64,000 nucleotides of DNA from Candidatus Latescibacterota bacterium (lineage in GTDB: Bacteria; Latescibacterota; UBA2968; GCA-2709665), in the NCBI GenBank assembly GCA_965219995.1, contig CBDCOX010000002.1, forward strand, positions 4,064,001-4,128,000, given 5' to 3'. Below are positions 48,786-57,451 of this stretch, piece by piece. Numbering within the stretch: the stretch's first letter is position 1; each line of letters opens with the position of its first letter. Under the pieces are notes generated by a model that was not told where the DNA came from, searched no databases, and saw only the letters and a list, made by a program, of their open reading frames with translations. The position numbers were made by a program, and so were the translations under genes.

Positions 48786-50687
48786 ATGCCCGATACCAGA
48801 CCGACAGTCCGGAAATCGAGTCAGCTCTCCCTTTCCATCAACGGGAAACCCGCGTCCACCCCGAAGTCCGCCGGCAAGCGCAAGAATGGCGCATCGCCGG
48901 TACACGGGTACGACGAGTCCAAGGTCAAAACGCTCAGCTCGCTGGAGCACATCCGCCTCCGCACCGGGATGTACATCGGCCGGCTCGGCGACGGGTCGAA
49001 TCCGGACGACGGCATCTACGTGCTGCTCAAGGAAGTCATCGACAACGCCGTCGACGAATTCATCATGGGCTTTGGCAAAAGGATCGACGTCAGCATCGAA
49101 GACAACCGGGTCCGTGTCCGGGACTACGGCCGCGGCATTCCGCTCGGCAAGGTGATCGACTGCGTTTCAATCATCAATACCGGCGCGAAATACAACGACG
49201 ATGTGTTTCAGTTCAGCGTGGGCCTCAACGGCGTGGGCACCAAGGCAGTGAATGCCCTTTCCTCGGACTTCCGGGCGGTGGCGTTCAGGGACGGCAGTTA
49301 CTTCGAAGCGCGTTTCGAGCGTGGACGACTGAAAAAGAAAATAGAGGGGCGAAAACCCGGTGAACCCGACGGGTCTTATTTCGAATTTCTGCCCGATGTA
49401 CAGATTTTCGGAGATGATTTCGCGTTCAATTTCGATTACGTCCGGCAGCGACTGTGGAACTATGCCTGCCTGAACAGCGGACTTTCGCTCATTTTCAACA
49501 GGGAACGTTTCGTCTCCAGGCACGGGCTGCTGGACTTTCTCAGTCGCGAAGTGGGCGAGACGGCCCTATATGAACCGTTGTACTACAAGTCACAATACCT
49601 CGAATTTGCGTTCAGCCACACGGTCAGCTACGGCGAAACGTACTTCTCCTTCGTCAACGGCCAGCACACCAGCGACGGCGGGGCCCACCAGAGCGCCTTT
49701 CGCGAGGGCGTCCTCAAGGGCGTGAACGAATTCTACAAGAAGAACTACAACGGTATCGACGTCCGGGAGAGCATCTCGGGCGCCGTGGCCGTCAAGCTCA
49801 AGACGCCTGTCTTCGAGTCGCAGACCAAGAACAAGCTGGGAAACACCGATATTCGGGCGTGGATTGTCGCGGACGTCAAGAGCGCCGTGGTCGACCTCCT
49901 GCACAAAAACCAGACCGCGGCCCAGCAACTTTCCGAAAAAATCGCGCAGAACGAAAAGTTGAGAAAGGAACTCAACGCCGTAAAAAAAGAGGCCAAGGAA
50001 GCCGCGCGGAAGATCGCAATCAAGATTCCGCACTTCAAAGACTGCAAATTCCACCTGGGCCACAAGAAACACGGCGAAGACTCGACCATCTTCATCACCG
50101 AGGGTCCTTCGGCCGCGGGGTCCATGGTTTCCGCGCGCGACGTCCTCACCCAGGCCATCTTCGGCCTGAAGGGCGTTCCGCTGAACGTCTTCGGCAAGAA
50201 CAAGGCCGCGGTGTACAAGAACGAGGAGCTCTACAACCTGATGATGGCGCTCGGCATCGAAGACAACATCGAAAACCTGCGCTTCAACAGGATCGTGATC
50301 GCCACCGACGCCGATCACGACGGTTACCACATTCGCTATCTGCTTCTCACGTATTTCCTGAATTATTTCGAAGAACTCGTGCTCGCGGGACACCTCTATA
50401 TTCTCGAAACCCCGCTCTTCCGTGTCCGGAACGGCAAGGTCACCCGATACTGCTACAACAATCGGGAACGGGACAGCGCCCTGGAAGAGGTAAAGAACCC
50501 TGAGATCACCCGCTTCAAGGGCCTCGGGGAGATCTCGCCGAAGGAATTCGGTCAGTTCATCGGCGACGACATGCGGCTGGTCAAGGTCAACATCAGGTCC
50601 ATCTCCGAAATCGCCAATACGCTCAGCTTCTACATGGGCAAGAACACCCCCGAACGCAGAGACTACATTATTGAAAACCTGATCTGA
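48786..50687 (+). CDS. parE: DNA topoisomerase IV subunit B (type IIA, Bacteroidota/Chlamydia-like clade)
   Basis: EVIDNAVDE, DYGRGIP, GLNGVG, TOPRIM EG.SA, DADHDG, RFKGLGEI. Confidence 0.88.
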   Translation: MPDTRPTVRKSSQLSLSINGKPASTPKSAGKRKNGASPVHGYDESKVKTLSSLEHIRLRTGMYIGRLGDGSNPDDGIYVLLKEVIDNAVDEFIMGFGKRIDVSIEDNRVRVRDYGRGIPLGKVIDCVSIINTGAKYNDDVFQFSVGLNGVGTKAVNALSSDFRAVAFRDGSYFEARFERGRLKKKIEGRKPGEPDGSYFEFLPDVQIFGDDFAFNFDYVRQRLWNYACLNSGLSLIFNRERFVSRHGLLDFLSREVGETALYEPLYYKSQYLEFAFSHTVSYGETYFSFVNGQHTSDGGAHQSAFREGVLKGVNEFYKKNYNGIDVRESISGAVAVKLKTPVFESQTKNKLGNTDIRAWIVADVKSAVVDLLHKNQTAAQQLSEKIAQNEKLRKELNAVKKEAKEAARKIAIKIPHFKDCKFHLGHKKHGEDSTIFITEGPSAAGSMVSARDVLTQAIFGLKGVPLNVFGKNKAAVYKNEELYNLMMALGIEDNIENLRFNRIVIATDADHDGYHIRYLLLTYFLNYFEELVLAGHLYILETPLFRVRNGKVTRYCYNNRERDSALEEVKNPEITRFKGLGEISPKEFGQFIGDDMRLVKVNIRSISEIANTLSFYMGKNTPERRDYIIENLI

Positions 50688-50791
50688 AAACCGGGTCAGG
50701 ACACTGACCCGTCAGGAATACAAGCGTCAGGAGAGAACCGCGTTCCCGTCCTCCATGGCGCTTTGATTTCGAACGGTAACGAGGAGAATCC

Positions 50792-52681
50792 GTGGCATTC
50801 GTCGACACGCTGTACGAGAAATACTATCTCGAATTCGCCTCCTATTCCATCAAGAACCGGGCAATTCCCAGCATTGACGACGGCTTCAAGCCGGTTCAGC
50901 GGCGCATTCTGCACGCTCTCCACGAGATGGACGACGGCAAGTATCACAAGGTCGCCAACGTGGTGGGCCAGACCATGAGGTACCATCCCCATGGCGACCT
51001 GTCCATCTTCGGCGCCCTGGTGAACCTGGCCAACAAGGAACTGTTCATCGACAGGCAGGGGAATTTCGGCAACATCTTCACCGGCGACGAGGCTTCCGCC
51101 GCGAGGTATATCGAATGCCGCCTCACGCCGCTCGCACGCGAGGTCCTCTTCAACCCGGAGACAACCGAATTCGAGGATTCTTACGACGGCCGCAATCGTG
51201 AGCCGCTCGCTTTTCCGGCGAAGATCCCGGTCCTGCTCGCAATCGGCTCGGAGGGCATCGCGGCCGGGATGACCACCCGGATTCTCCCGCATAACCTCAT
51301 CGAACTCCTCGAGGCGCAGATCGCCTGTCTGCAGGACAGACCCTTCCGCATCCATCCCGACTTTCCCACGGGCGGTTTGGTGGACGTCTCCCAATATGAA
51401 GACGGCAACGGGAAGGTTCTCGCCCGCGCCAAACTGGATACCCGCGACTCGAAACGCATCGTCGTACGCGAACTGCCTTACGGAACGACAAGCGAAACCC
51501 TCATTGCATCCATCGAAGACGCTGTTAAAAAAGGCAAGCTCAAGATCTCGGGTATCAGCGATTATACGACCGATGAGGTCGAAATCGAGATTCAGCTGGC
51601 CCGTGGCGTGCATACCAGGGATACCGTTGACGCACTGTATGCGTTTACGGACTGCGAAACATCGATTGCGGCGAATCTGCTGGTCATTCGCGACAACCGG
51701 CCTCAGATCACGACCGTGACCGACGTCATCGAATACAACACCGGCCGCCTGGTCGACCTTCTCAAAGCCGAACTCAAACTCGAAGAACGCCGGCTGAACA
51801 CGCGGCATCACGCGAAGACGCTCGAACAGATCTTCATCGAAAACCGGATCTACAAGAGCATCGAAGACGAGACCACGTCCGAGGACGTCTACCGCGCCGT
51901 GTTCGACGGGCTCGAACCCTACCGGGAGGCCATCAGGGCGGAAGTTACCAGGGAGGACGTGGAGAACCTGCTCAAGATCCCCATCCGGCGCATCTCACTC
52001 TACGATATCAACAAGGCCCAGGAGGAGATGCAGGAAATCCGCAAGCGTCTAAGGGAGGTCCGTGCGAACCTCCGCGGCATCCAGGCATTTGCGGTTGCGT
52101 TTCTACAGGACATCATCGAGAAATATCGCGACGATCACCCCCGGAAGACCGAAGTCGCCACGATTCAGAAGGTCGACGTCCGGGATGCAGCACAGCGCAA
52201 TCTCAAGCTGCGCTACGACAGGAGTACCGGTTACCTTGGCCACGAGGTCAACGGCGCCGCCCTTTTCGACGTGTCCCCGTACGACCGTGTCCTGGTGATC
52301 CGCAAGTCCGGAACGTACTCCGTGGTGGACGCGCCCGAAAAGCTCTTCGTGGACAAAGGCATGCTTTTCTGCAATTTCGTGGACGAAAGTCGCGTGTACA
52401 ATATTCTCTACAAGGAAAACAGGACCGGATATCTCTACATCAAACGGTGCAAGATCGACAAATTCATCATGAACCGGGGGTACGAACTGGCGCCCGAGGG
52501 TTGCCGGATCCTGAAACTCACGACGAAATCCGACGGTACGATTCACGCCCAGTTCAAGCCGAAACCCCGGGTGCGAATCACCGAAGAACAATTCGCCATC
52601 GCCGATTATCCGGTCCGCGGAAACAAGGCCCGGGGGATTCGCCTGGCTGCCCGAGAAGTCCAATCCGCCAAATTCGTATGA
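50792..52681 (+). CDS. parC: DNA topoisomerase IV subunit A
   Basis: DGFKPVQRRIL, YHPHGD, catalytic AARYIE; short C-terminal domain with no GyrA box seen. Confidence 0.88.
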   Translation: MAFVDTLYEKYYLEFASYSIKNRAIPSIDDGFKPVQRRILHALHEMDDGKYHKVANVVGQTMRYHPHGDLSIFGALVNLANKELFIDRQGNFGNIFTGDEASAARYIECRLTPLAREVLFNPETTEFEDSYDGRNREPLAFPAKIPVLLAIGSEGIAAGMTTRILPHNLIELLEAQIACLQDRPFRIHPDFPTGGLVDVSQYEDGNGKVLARAKLDTRDSKRIVVRELPYGTTSETLIASIEDAVKKGKLKISGISDYTTDEVEIEIQLARGVHTRDTVDALYAFTDCETSIAANLLVIRDNRPQITTVTDVIEYNTGRLVDLLKAELKLEERRLNTRHHAKTLEQIFIENRIYKSIEDETTSEDVYRAVFDGLEPYREAIRAEVTREDVENLLKIPIRRISLYDINKAQEEMQEIRKRLREVRANLRGIQAFAVAFLQDIIEKYRDDHPRKTEVATIQKVDVRDAAQRNLKLRYDRSTGYLGHEVNGAALFDVSPYDRVLVIRKSGTYSVVDAPEKLFVDKGMLFCNFVDESRVYNILYKENRTGYLYIKRCKIDKFIMNRGYELAPEGCRILKLTTKSDGTIHAQFKPKPRVRITEEQFAIADYPVRGNKARGIRLAAREVQSAKFV

Positions 52682-52785
52682 AGCCGATCCCGGGGTCGAA
52701 ACGGCAAACATAAACGCAGCCGGAAGCGCGTCCGCTTTCCAGCCCGTTGATAAAGTCCATCCGTGCGACGATGAAAGAAGCCTCT

Positions 52786-53550
52786 ATGTCACCCAAACCC
52801 CTCGCGGATCTTCTGGATCTGACCGGACAGGTCGCCATTGTCACCGGCGCCAGCCGGGGCATAGGAAAGAGCATTGCCGAGGTCTTTCACCAGGCGGGCG
52901 CCGGGCTCATGCTGGTCGCGCGCAATGCGGGCCCGTTGCATTCGGTCGCGGATGCGCTATCCGATCGGGGCGACGTGCTCGCGGCCCCGGCCGACGTTGC
53001 AGACGAGGCGCAGGTCAACGCCTTCGTCCAGGAGACCGTGGACACGTTCGGACGCGTGGACATCCTGGTCAATAACGCCGGCGTATCCAGCCCAGGGCCC
53101 TATACAGGCGTCGACCATGCCGAGTGGCAGCGGGTGATCGGCGCCAATCTCACCGGCGCGTATCTCTGCTGCCTGGCGGCGGCCCCCCACATGGAGAATC
53201 AGAAGAGCGGCCGGATCATCAACATCTCCTCCATCAGCGGCCAGACCGGGGGCGTCGCGGGCGGGGTCCACTATGGAAGTTCGAAGGCAGGAATGATCGG
53301 GATGACCAAGACTCTCTCTCGCGACCTGGCTTCGAGCAACGTCACCGTCAACGCCATCACCCCGGGCGTCATCGAAACGAGCATGCAAATCCCTCCCGAG
53401 ACCCGCAGCCGGATCAACGAACTCATACCTCTGGGTTACGTCGGCCAACCCGAGGAGATCGCTTATTCCGCCCTCTTCCTGGCCTCGCGGATGGGCGCAT
53501 ACATCACCGGCGCCACGATCGACGTGAATGGCGGGATATTGAAGAGATAA
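52786..53550 (+). CDS. SDR family oxidoreductase (FabG-like)
   Basis: TGASRGIG, NNAG, YGSSK. Confidence 0.92.
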   Translation: MSPKPLADLLDLTGQVAIVTGASRGIGKSIAEVFHQAGAGLMLVARNAGPLHSVADALSDRGDVLAAPADVADEAQVNAFVQETVDTFGRVDILVNNAGVSSPGPYTGVDHAEWQRVIGANLTGAYLCCLAAAPHMENQKSGRIINISSISGQTGGVAGGVHYGSSKAGMIGMTKTLSRDLASSNVTVNAITPGVIETSMQIPPETRSRINELIPLGYVGQPEEIAYSALFLASRMGAYITGATIDVNGGILKR

Positions 53551-53556
53551 AAAGAA

Positions 53557-53610
53557 GCTATCAGCTATCAGCCGTCAGCTCAAATCAAAATCGAAAATCA
53601 AATTCAAAAT
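53557..53610 (+). repeat. Short tandem repeats (GCTATCA heptamers followed by TCAAAA-like hexamers)
   Basis: GCTATCAGCTATCAGCCGTCAGC then TCAAATCAAAATCGAAAATCAAATTCAAAAT. Confidence 0.6.
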
Positions 53611-53637
53611 CCCCTTTCCCCAAATTCCCTAAGGGCG

Positions 53638-53783
53638 GGGAGACGCAAGACGTGAGACGTGAGAGGATATCAGTGCCCAATGGTGTTTCTTGTCGTTACG
53701 ATAACGGTCGAGAAACAGGCACGGTTAGCGCGAAAACACTGTGGTGACGTTATCATCTACCGTCTTCCCTCTACCCTCTTACC
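53638..53783. repeat. Heptamer-armed element carrying core B in reverse orientation
   Basis: Left arm AGACGCAAGACGTGAGACGTGAGAGGAT; 53683..53739 is a reverse-complement homologue of core B; right arm ATCATCTACCGTCT. Confidence 0.8.
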
Positions 53784-54126
53784 GCATTTGCCTGGGCGCG
53801 GGGCCTGCTATATGCATAGCGCGAACCCCCTCACAGGATGCACAGGATCTGCTGCCCTGGCAGCAAAGGTGGCACATCAATCCGCGTCGCTGGACGGATC
53901 AGCGCGCTCTGCTCTGATAGCCGTCCGGTAAGGAAATACCTTTGTAGACTGGTTGGCACCTGTACGATGAGGAATTCCGTCGACTTGAAGCAAAGACATA
54001 CAGCGAGAGGCAAACAGCGGAATCTCTTTGAAGCCGTGAAGTTGGCCTTCCTGGGATGCCATTCGCCAGCTCCGATGTGTGGTTGTTGAAGGTATTCTGA
54101 GTGTGGACACCGAACAGGAGATAGAT

Positions 54127-55317
54127 ATGCAGACTGAACGAGAGAAGTGGAAGCCAGGTCCCGAAACGATTGAATCTCTGTCCTCGCTGATCCGGTCGAA
54201 ACCCGAGGAAGTGCGGTGGACGGAAATCGGCTGGGAGACGGACCTCTGGACGGCACGTCGCCGCGCGGCAGCGGTGAACAGACCGATGTTCATCTGGGCG
54301 ATGAACGGAAACCCGCTCGGCTGCGTCTGAAACAATGGCATCGCGGGCCGTGAGTCCGTTTTCTCCCATCCCGATATTATCCGGGTCCTCAACGATTCCT
54401 ACGTTTCCGTTGCGGACAACTGCAGCTACACCCAGACGCAGAAAGACGCCAAGGGCGAGTTCTTCCGCCTCGTGGCGGAACAGGGCCATTACGGCGGGCG
54501 CACAGAACCCACGGCCACCAGGCAGGGATTGTACGCGTGTACCTCGGAGGGAGAACTGCTGGGGTCCATCAACACGCGGGATGCCGCCCCGCTCCTGGAA
54601 GTGCTCGAGCAAAGCCTGGAAAGGTGGCGCCAGCGCCCGGCCGGGAGCGCGTCGGACGATATTCCCGATACCTATTCCGTCGATCCGAGACTCGGATGGT
54701 CCTATCCGGAAAACGGACTGGCGCTCAAAGTGACGGTCCGCGACCTCCCGCGGAATTCCGACGAAGTGGACGCGCGGCACAACATCGACTTCGCGTGGTT
54801 TACAGAGGAGGAGGTCCGGTCTCTGGTACCCGGGGATGCCCGGCAAGGCCGGACCTGGCGCGCGCCGGATTTCTTCACCAGACGTCTCGCCCTGCGCCAC
54901 TTCATCGACACGGTCCGCGGGCAGTCGCCCGGATGGCGGGAGGAAAACCTGAAGGACGGAGAGTTCCGGCTGACCGTCGAGTCCGCCGAAGCCGATCTCA
55001 TCCGGCTCCGCATAGACGGACGCATCCACCTCGAAGCGGAACCCACGTATGAAACGAATCCCTTCAGCAAGCTTACGGTGGACAAGCCACGGGGTCTGAA
55101 CCTGATCCTCTACGGCATGCTCGCGTTCGATTCCCGGCGGCGGACGGTCGAATCCTTCGACGCCGTCGCGACGGGCGACCGCTGGGGATATACCACCTAC
55201 AACGTGCGCTTCGACGATCCCGGCCCGGCGCCCATCGGTTTCGCGTTCGAACTCGCGTCGGACGATCCCATCGAACGCACCCCGCCCGCCTCCATCGGGC
55301 GGAACTACTTCGCCTGA
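54127..55317 (+). CDS. Probable selenoprotein, thioredoxin-like fold with CxU motif (UGA at 54328..54330), 396 aa
   Basis: AGGAG RBS and ATG at 54127. The ORFs 54079..54330 and 54472..55317 share a frame with only one TGA between them (MNGNPLGCV-U-NNGIAGRESVFSHPDIIRVLNDSYVSVA). A hairpin follows the TGA. Confidence 0.75.
54335..54369 (+). promoter_or_regulatory. Candidate bacterial SECIS hairpin
   Basis: Upper stem GCGGGC/GUCCGU with loop CGUGA starting 19 nt after the UGA; possible lower stem AUGG/CCAU. Confidence 0.5.
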
Positions 55318-55349
55318 CGCGTCATCGCCGAAACACGTACAGCAAAACA

Positions 55350-55386
55350 CGCCCCCGCAACGGCTTGTCGAGACGTTGCGGGGGCG
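55350..55386 (+). terminator. 13-bp perfect hairpin downstream of the selenoprotein candidate
   Basis: CGCCCCCGCAACG / CGTTGCGGGGGCG; no clear U-tract on the plus strand. Confidence 0.5.
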
Positions 55387-55397
55387 CGTGTGTTGGG

Positions 55398-55536
55398 GTG
55401 GGGCAGACATTCCCGTCTGCCCGCATCGCTCAAAATGAAAGGTCGGCCGATCGCCGAAACTGTCATCCTGAGGAAGCTGCCAGGCCTGCCGGCGCGAATC
55501 ATTGGCAGGCCGGCTGACGAAGGATCTACTGCGGCA
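55398..55536. repeat. Composite REP-like direct repeat, left copy
   Basis: GTGGGGCAGACATTCC..TCTGCC and CTGTCATCCTGAGGAAG...GGCCTGCC..GGCAGGCC..GACGAAGGATCTACTGCGGCA, repeated at 56186..56298. Confidence 0.85.
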
Positions 55537-55605
55537 TCGGTTTACACCGGGCGCCTGGCATTCAATCGACGCAACAGGCGGCACGTATGCGCCCATACGG
55601 TCAGG

Positions 55606-55944
55606 CTAAGGTGGCGCGTGAGTTGACGGGATCCCGATATACGGGCATTTCGACAAGCTCAATGACCACGTTTTGGTAGGTGGTCTTCCACTCCGCTCGG
55701 GAGGGGTGAGTGAATATTCCGTCGATTCTTTATTCAGTGGATTTCGAACGCTACCTTCAAACGGGTCGGCGGTGTAATAAAAAATCCGATAGAGATCAAT
55801 CCCGCACAACTTACAGTGAGATCTTATTTTCTCAATTTGACTGAATATATCCTGAGCGGTTGGAGATTTCGCGCTCTTCCCATGTAGGTTCTTCTTGAAC
55901 CATTCGCCGTCAATGAGGATTGCATATCTATCGGGGAAACTCAT
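55606..55944 (-). pseudogene. Truncated NYN (LabA/DUF88, PIN-fold) ribonuclease
   Basis: YAILIDG and LYRIFYY...PF...NP motifs; similarity ends after about 80 aa; the QKGVD/GDSDF catalytic half is missing; low GC. Confidence 0.72.
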
Positions 55945-55968
55945 CCATTGATGCTCGTATAAACGGTT

Positions 55969-56055
55969 GGCCCCCGCATTACGTGCATGCCTAAAGCCTG
56001 GATGCGTCCATCCAGGGTCGACATGTCTTTGGATGGGTGACGTAACGCGGGGGCC
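55969..56055 (-). ncRNA. Structured RNA leader upstream of the NYN gene
   Basis: 16-bp closing stem with one A/C position that is a G-U pair on the minus strand, enclosing a further stem and a perfect 8-bp hairpin CCTGGATG/CATCCAGG. Confidence 0.6.
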
Positions 56056-56087
56056 TAGATTTCTTCAGTGGCTCCAAGTTAAGATAA

Positions 56088-56116
56088 TATATACCCAGAC
56101 ATTGTCTCACTGTCAA
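56088..56116 (-). promoter_or_regulatory. Near-consensus sigma70 promoter driving the leader RNA and NYN gene
   Basis: Minus strand TTGACA (56116..56111)-17 nt-TATATA (56093..56088) with an AT-rich UP region. Confidence 0.7.
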
Positions 56117-56185
56117 GTTTATTTATCGAAACACCCCTACTCCCTTCGTGGTTTCCACACGAGCTCTGACGAAGTCGGCGTGAGA

Positions 56186-56298
56186 GTGGGGCAGACATTC
56201 CAGTCTGCCGGCGTCTGCCAAACCTGTTATCCTGAGGAAGCCGCCAGGCCTGCCGGCGAATCAATGGCAGGCCGGCTGACGAAGAATCTACTGCGGCA
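56186..56298. repeat. Composite REP-like direct repeat, right copy
   Basis: Matches 55398..55536 and overlaps the stop codon of the aldo/keto reductase. Confidence 0.85.
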
Positions 56299-57277
56299 GC
56301 CGATGCGCCTCCATTCTTTCGCTGTAGCGAACGCTGGCCGCGTCGAGCTTCGCGCGCAATTCGGCCGGCAGCTTCAGCGCCGCACCGGCCAGCGTCTCAT
56401 CCACGTGAGCCGTGGACTCGGGACCGGCCAGCACCGACGTCACTTCCGGGTGATCCAGCACCCATGCGACGCAGACCTCCGCCCGGCTGACGTCCAGGGC
56501 ATTCGCCGCCTCGTCCAGTGCGGCGTGCATTTCCGCGAGCGGGGAACCCGGATCGGCCTCGAATCGGGGCGACAACTCGCCCGCATCCAGCGGGCTGTAC
56601 GCAATCACCCCGATTCCCTCGGCGCGTACGACCGGAAACATCTCGCGTTCCAGTTTTCGGATTCTGGACCGCCCGTCCGGTGTGAGCGTATAGCCCGATA
56701 CAGTGTAATAATCTTCGACAACGGACGGCGGACTCGTGCCAGCCCCCCGGGCGTGCGCGCAGCACGCCGTCACGAATGCCGCATCGTGGTTGGACAGGCC
56801 CCAGAAGCGCGTTTTCCCGGTTCTGACGAGACGATCCATCGATTCACAGATCTCCGCTGCGGGGGTCCCCTCGTCCGGCGAGTGCAGCAGATACAGATCC
56901 ACGAAATCGGTGCGCATACGCTTCAGCGAGCACTCGAGCCGCCGCGTCAGGAATTCCCGCGTGAATCTCGCCGGGCCGCTCCCGCCTTCATCGCGAGCGC
57001 GAGGATGTGTCGGCGGCACCTTCGTGCAGATGACGGCACGGTCCCGCCGGCCCTCCAGTACTCTCCCGAGCAACTCTTCCGAACCTCCCCAACCGTATTC
57101 CTGTGCGGTGTCGAAGAAGTTGACGCCCGCGTCCAGACAGTGCCGCAGCACCCGCTCCGCCTGTGGATCGCGCGCGTTCCGCTCCAGGTGACGGAAGGCC
57201 GTGCCCTGGCAGTAACGCGTTACCGCGAGATCGGTCCGTCCCAATCGCACCGGTGTCAGTGGTGAAGAGTGTTCCAT
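56288..57277 (-). CDS. Aldo/keto reductase
   Basis: FFDTAQEYG.G.SEELLG, SLKRMRTDFVDLYLLH, AYSPL; ATG at 57277. Confidence 0.92.
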   Translation of the reverse strand: MEHSSPLTPVRLGRTDLAVTRYCQGTAFRHLERNARDPQAERVLRHCLDAGVNFFDTAQEYGWGGSEELLGRVLEGRRDRAVICTKVPPTHPRARDEGGSGPARFTREFLTRRLECSLKRMRTDFVDLYLLHSPDEGTPAAEICESMDRLVRTGKTRFWGLSNHDAAFVTACCAHARGAGTSPPSVVEDYYTVSGYTLTPDGRSRIRKLEREMFPVVRAEGIGVIAYSPLDAGELSPRFEADPGSPLAEMHAALDEAANALDVSRAEVCVAWVLDHPEVTSVLAGPESTAHVDETLAGAALKLPAELRAKLDAASVRYSERMEAHRLPQ

Positions 57278-57451
57278 ATTCGTACAATCCCTTTCTTGCG
57301 AACAGTGTGGCCGAGTTGGAATTTGCTCGAAGGGAGTCGCGCCGATGGCGCCGCATCGCATCGCTAAGGTCTTGACACCGCGTGTCGCTGCGGTTTTATA
57401 TGGTCGACCGTCACGCAGGACCGATGTCATCACCAATCAAGGAGATTCTCC

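Noticed and set aside
48786-52681. gyrB/gyrA
   Set aside because: The A subunit is short with no GyrA box seen, and the sequence features fit topoisomerase IV better.
53830-54100. Riboswitch, ncRNA or small gene upstream of the selenoprotein candidate
   Set aside because: Only a short TGCTGCC/GGCAGCA hairpin; no recognisable RNA family or protein motif in the frames examined.
55350-56055. Functional link between the 55350 hairpin and the NYN leader (both have GCCCCCGC/GCGGGGGC arms)
   Set aside because: Only 8-9 low-complexity GC bases are shared, which is compatible with chance.
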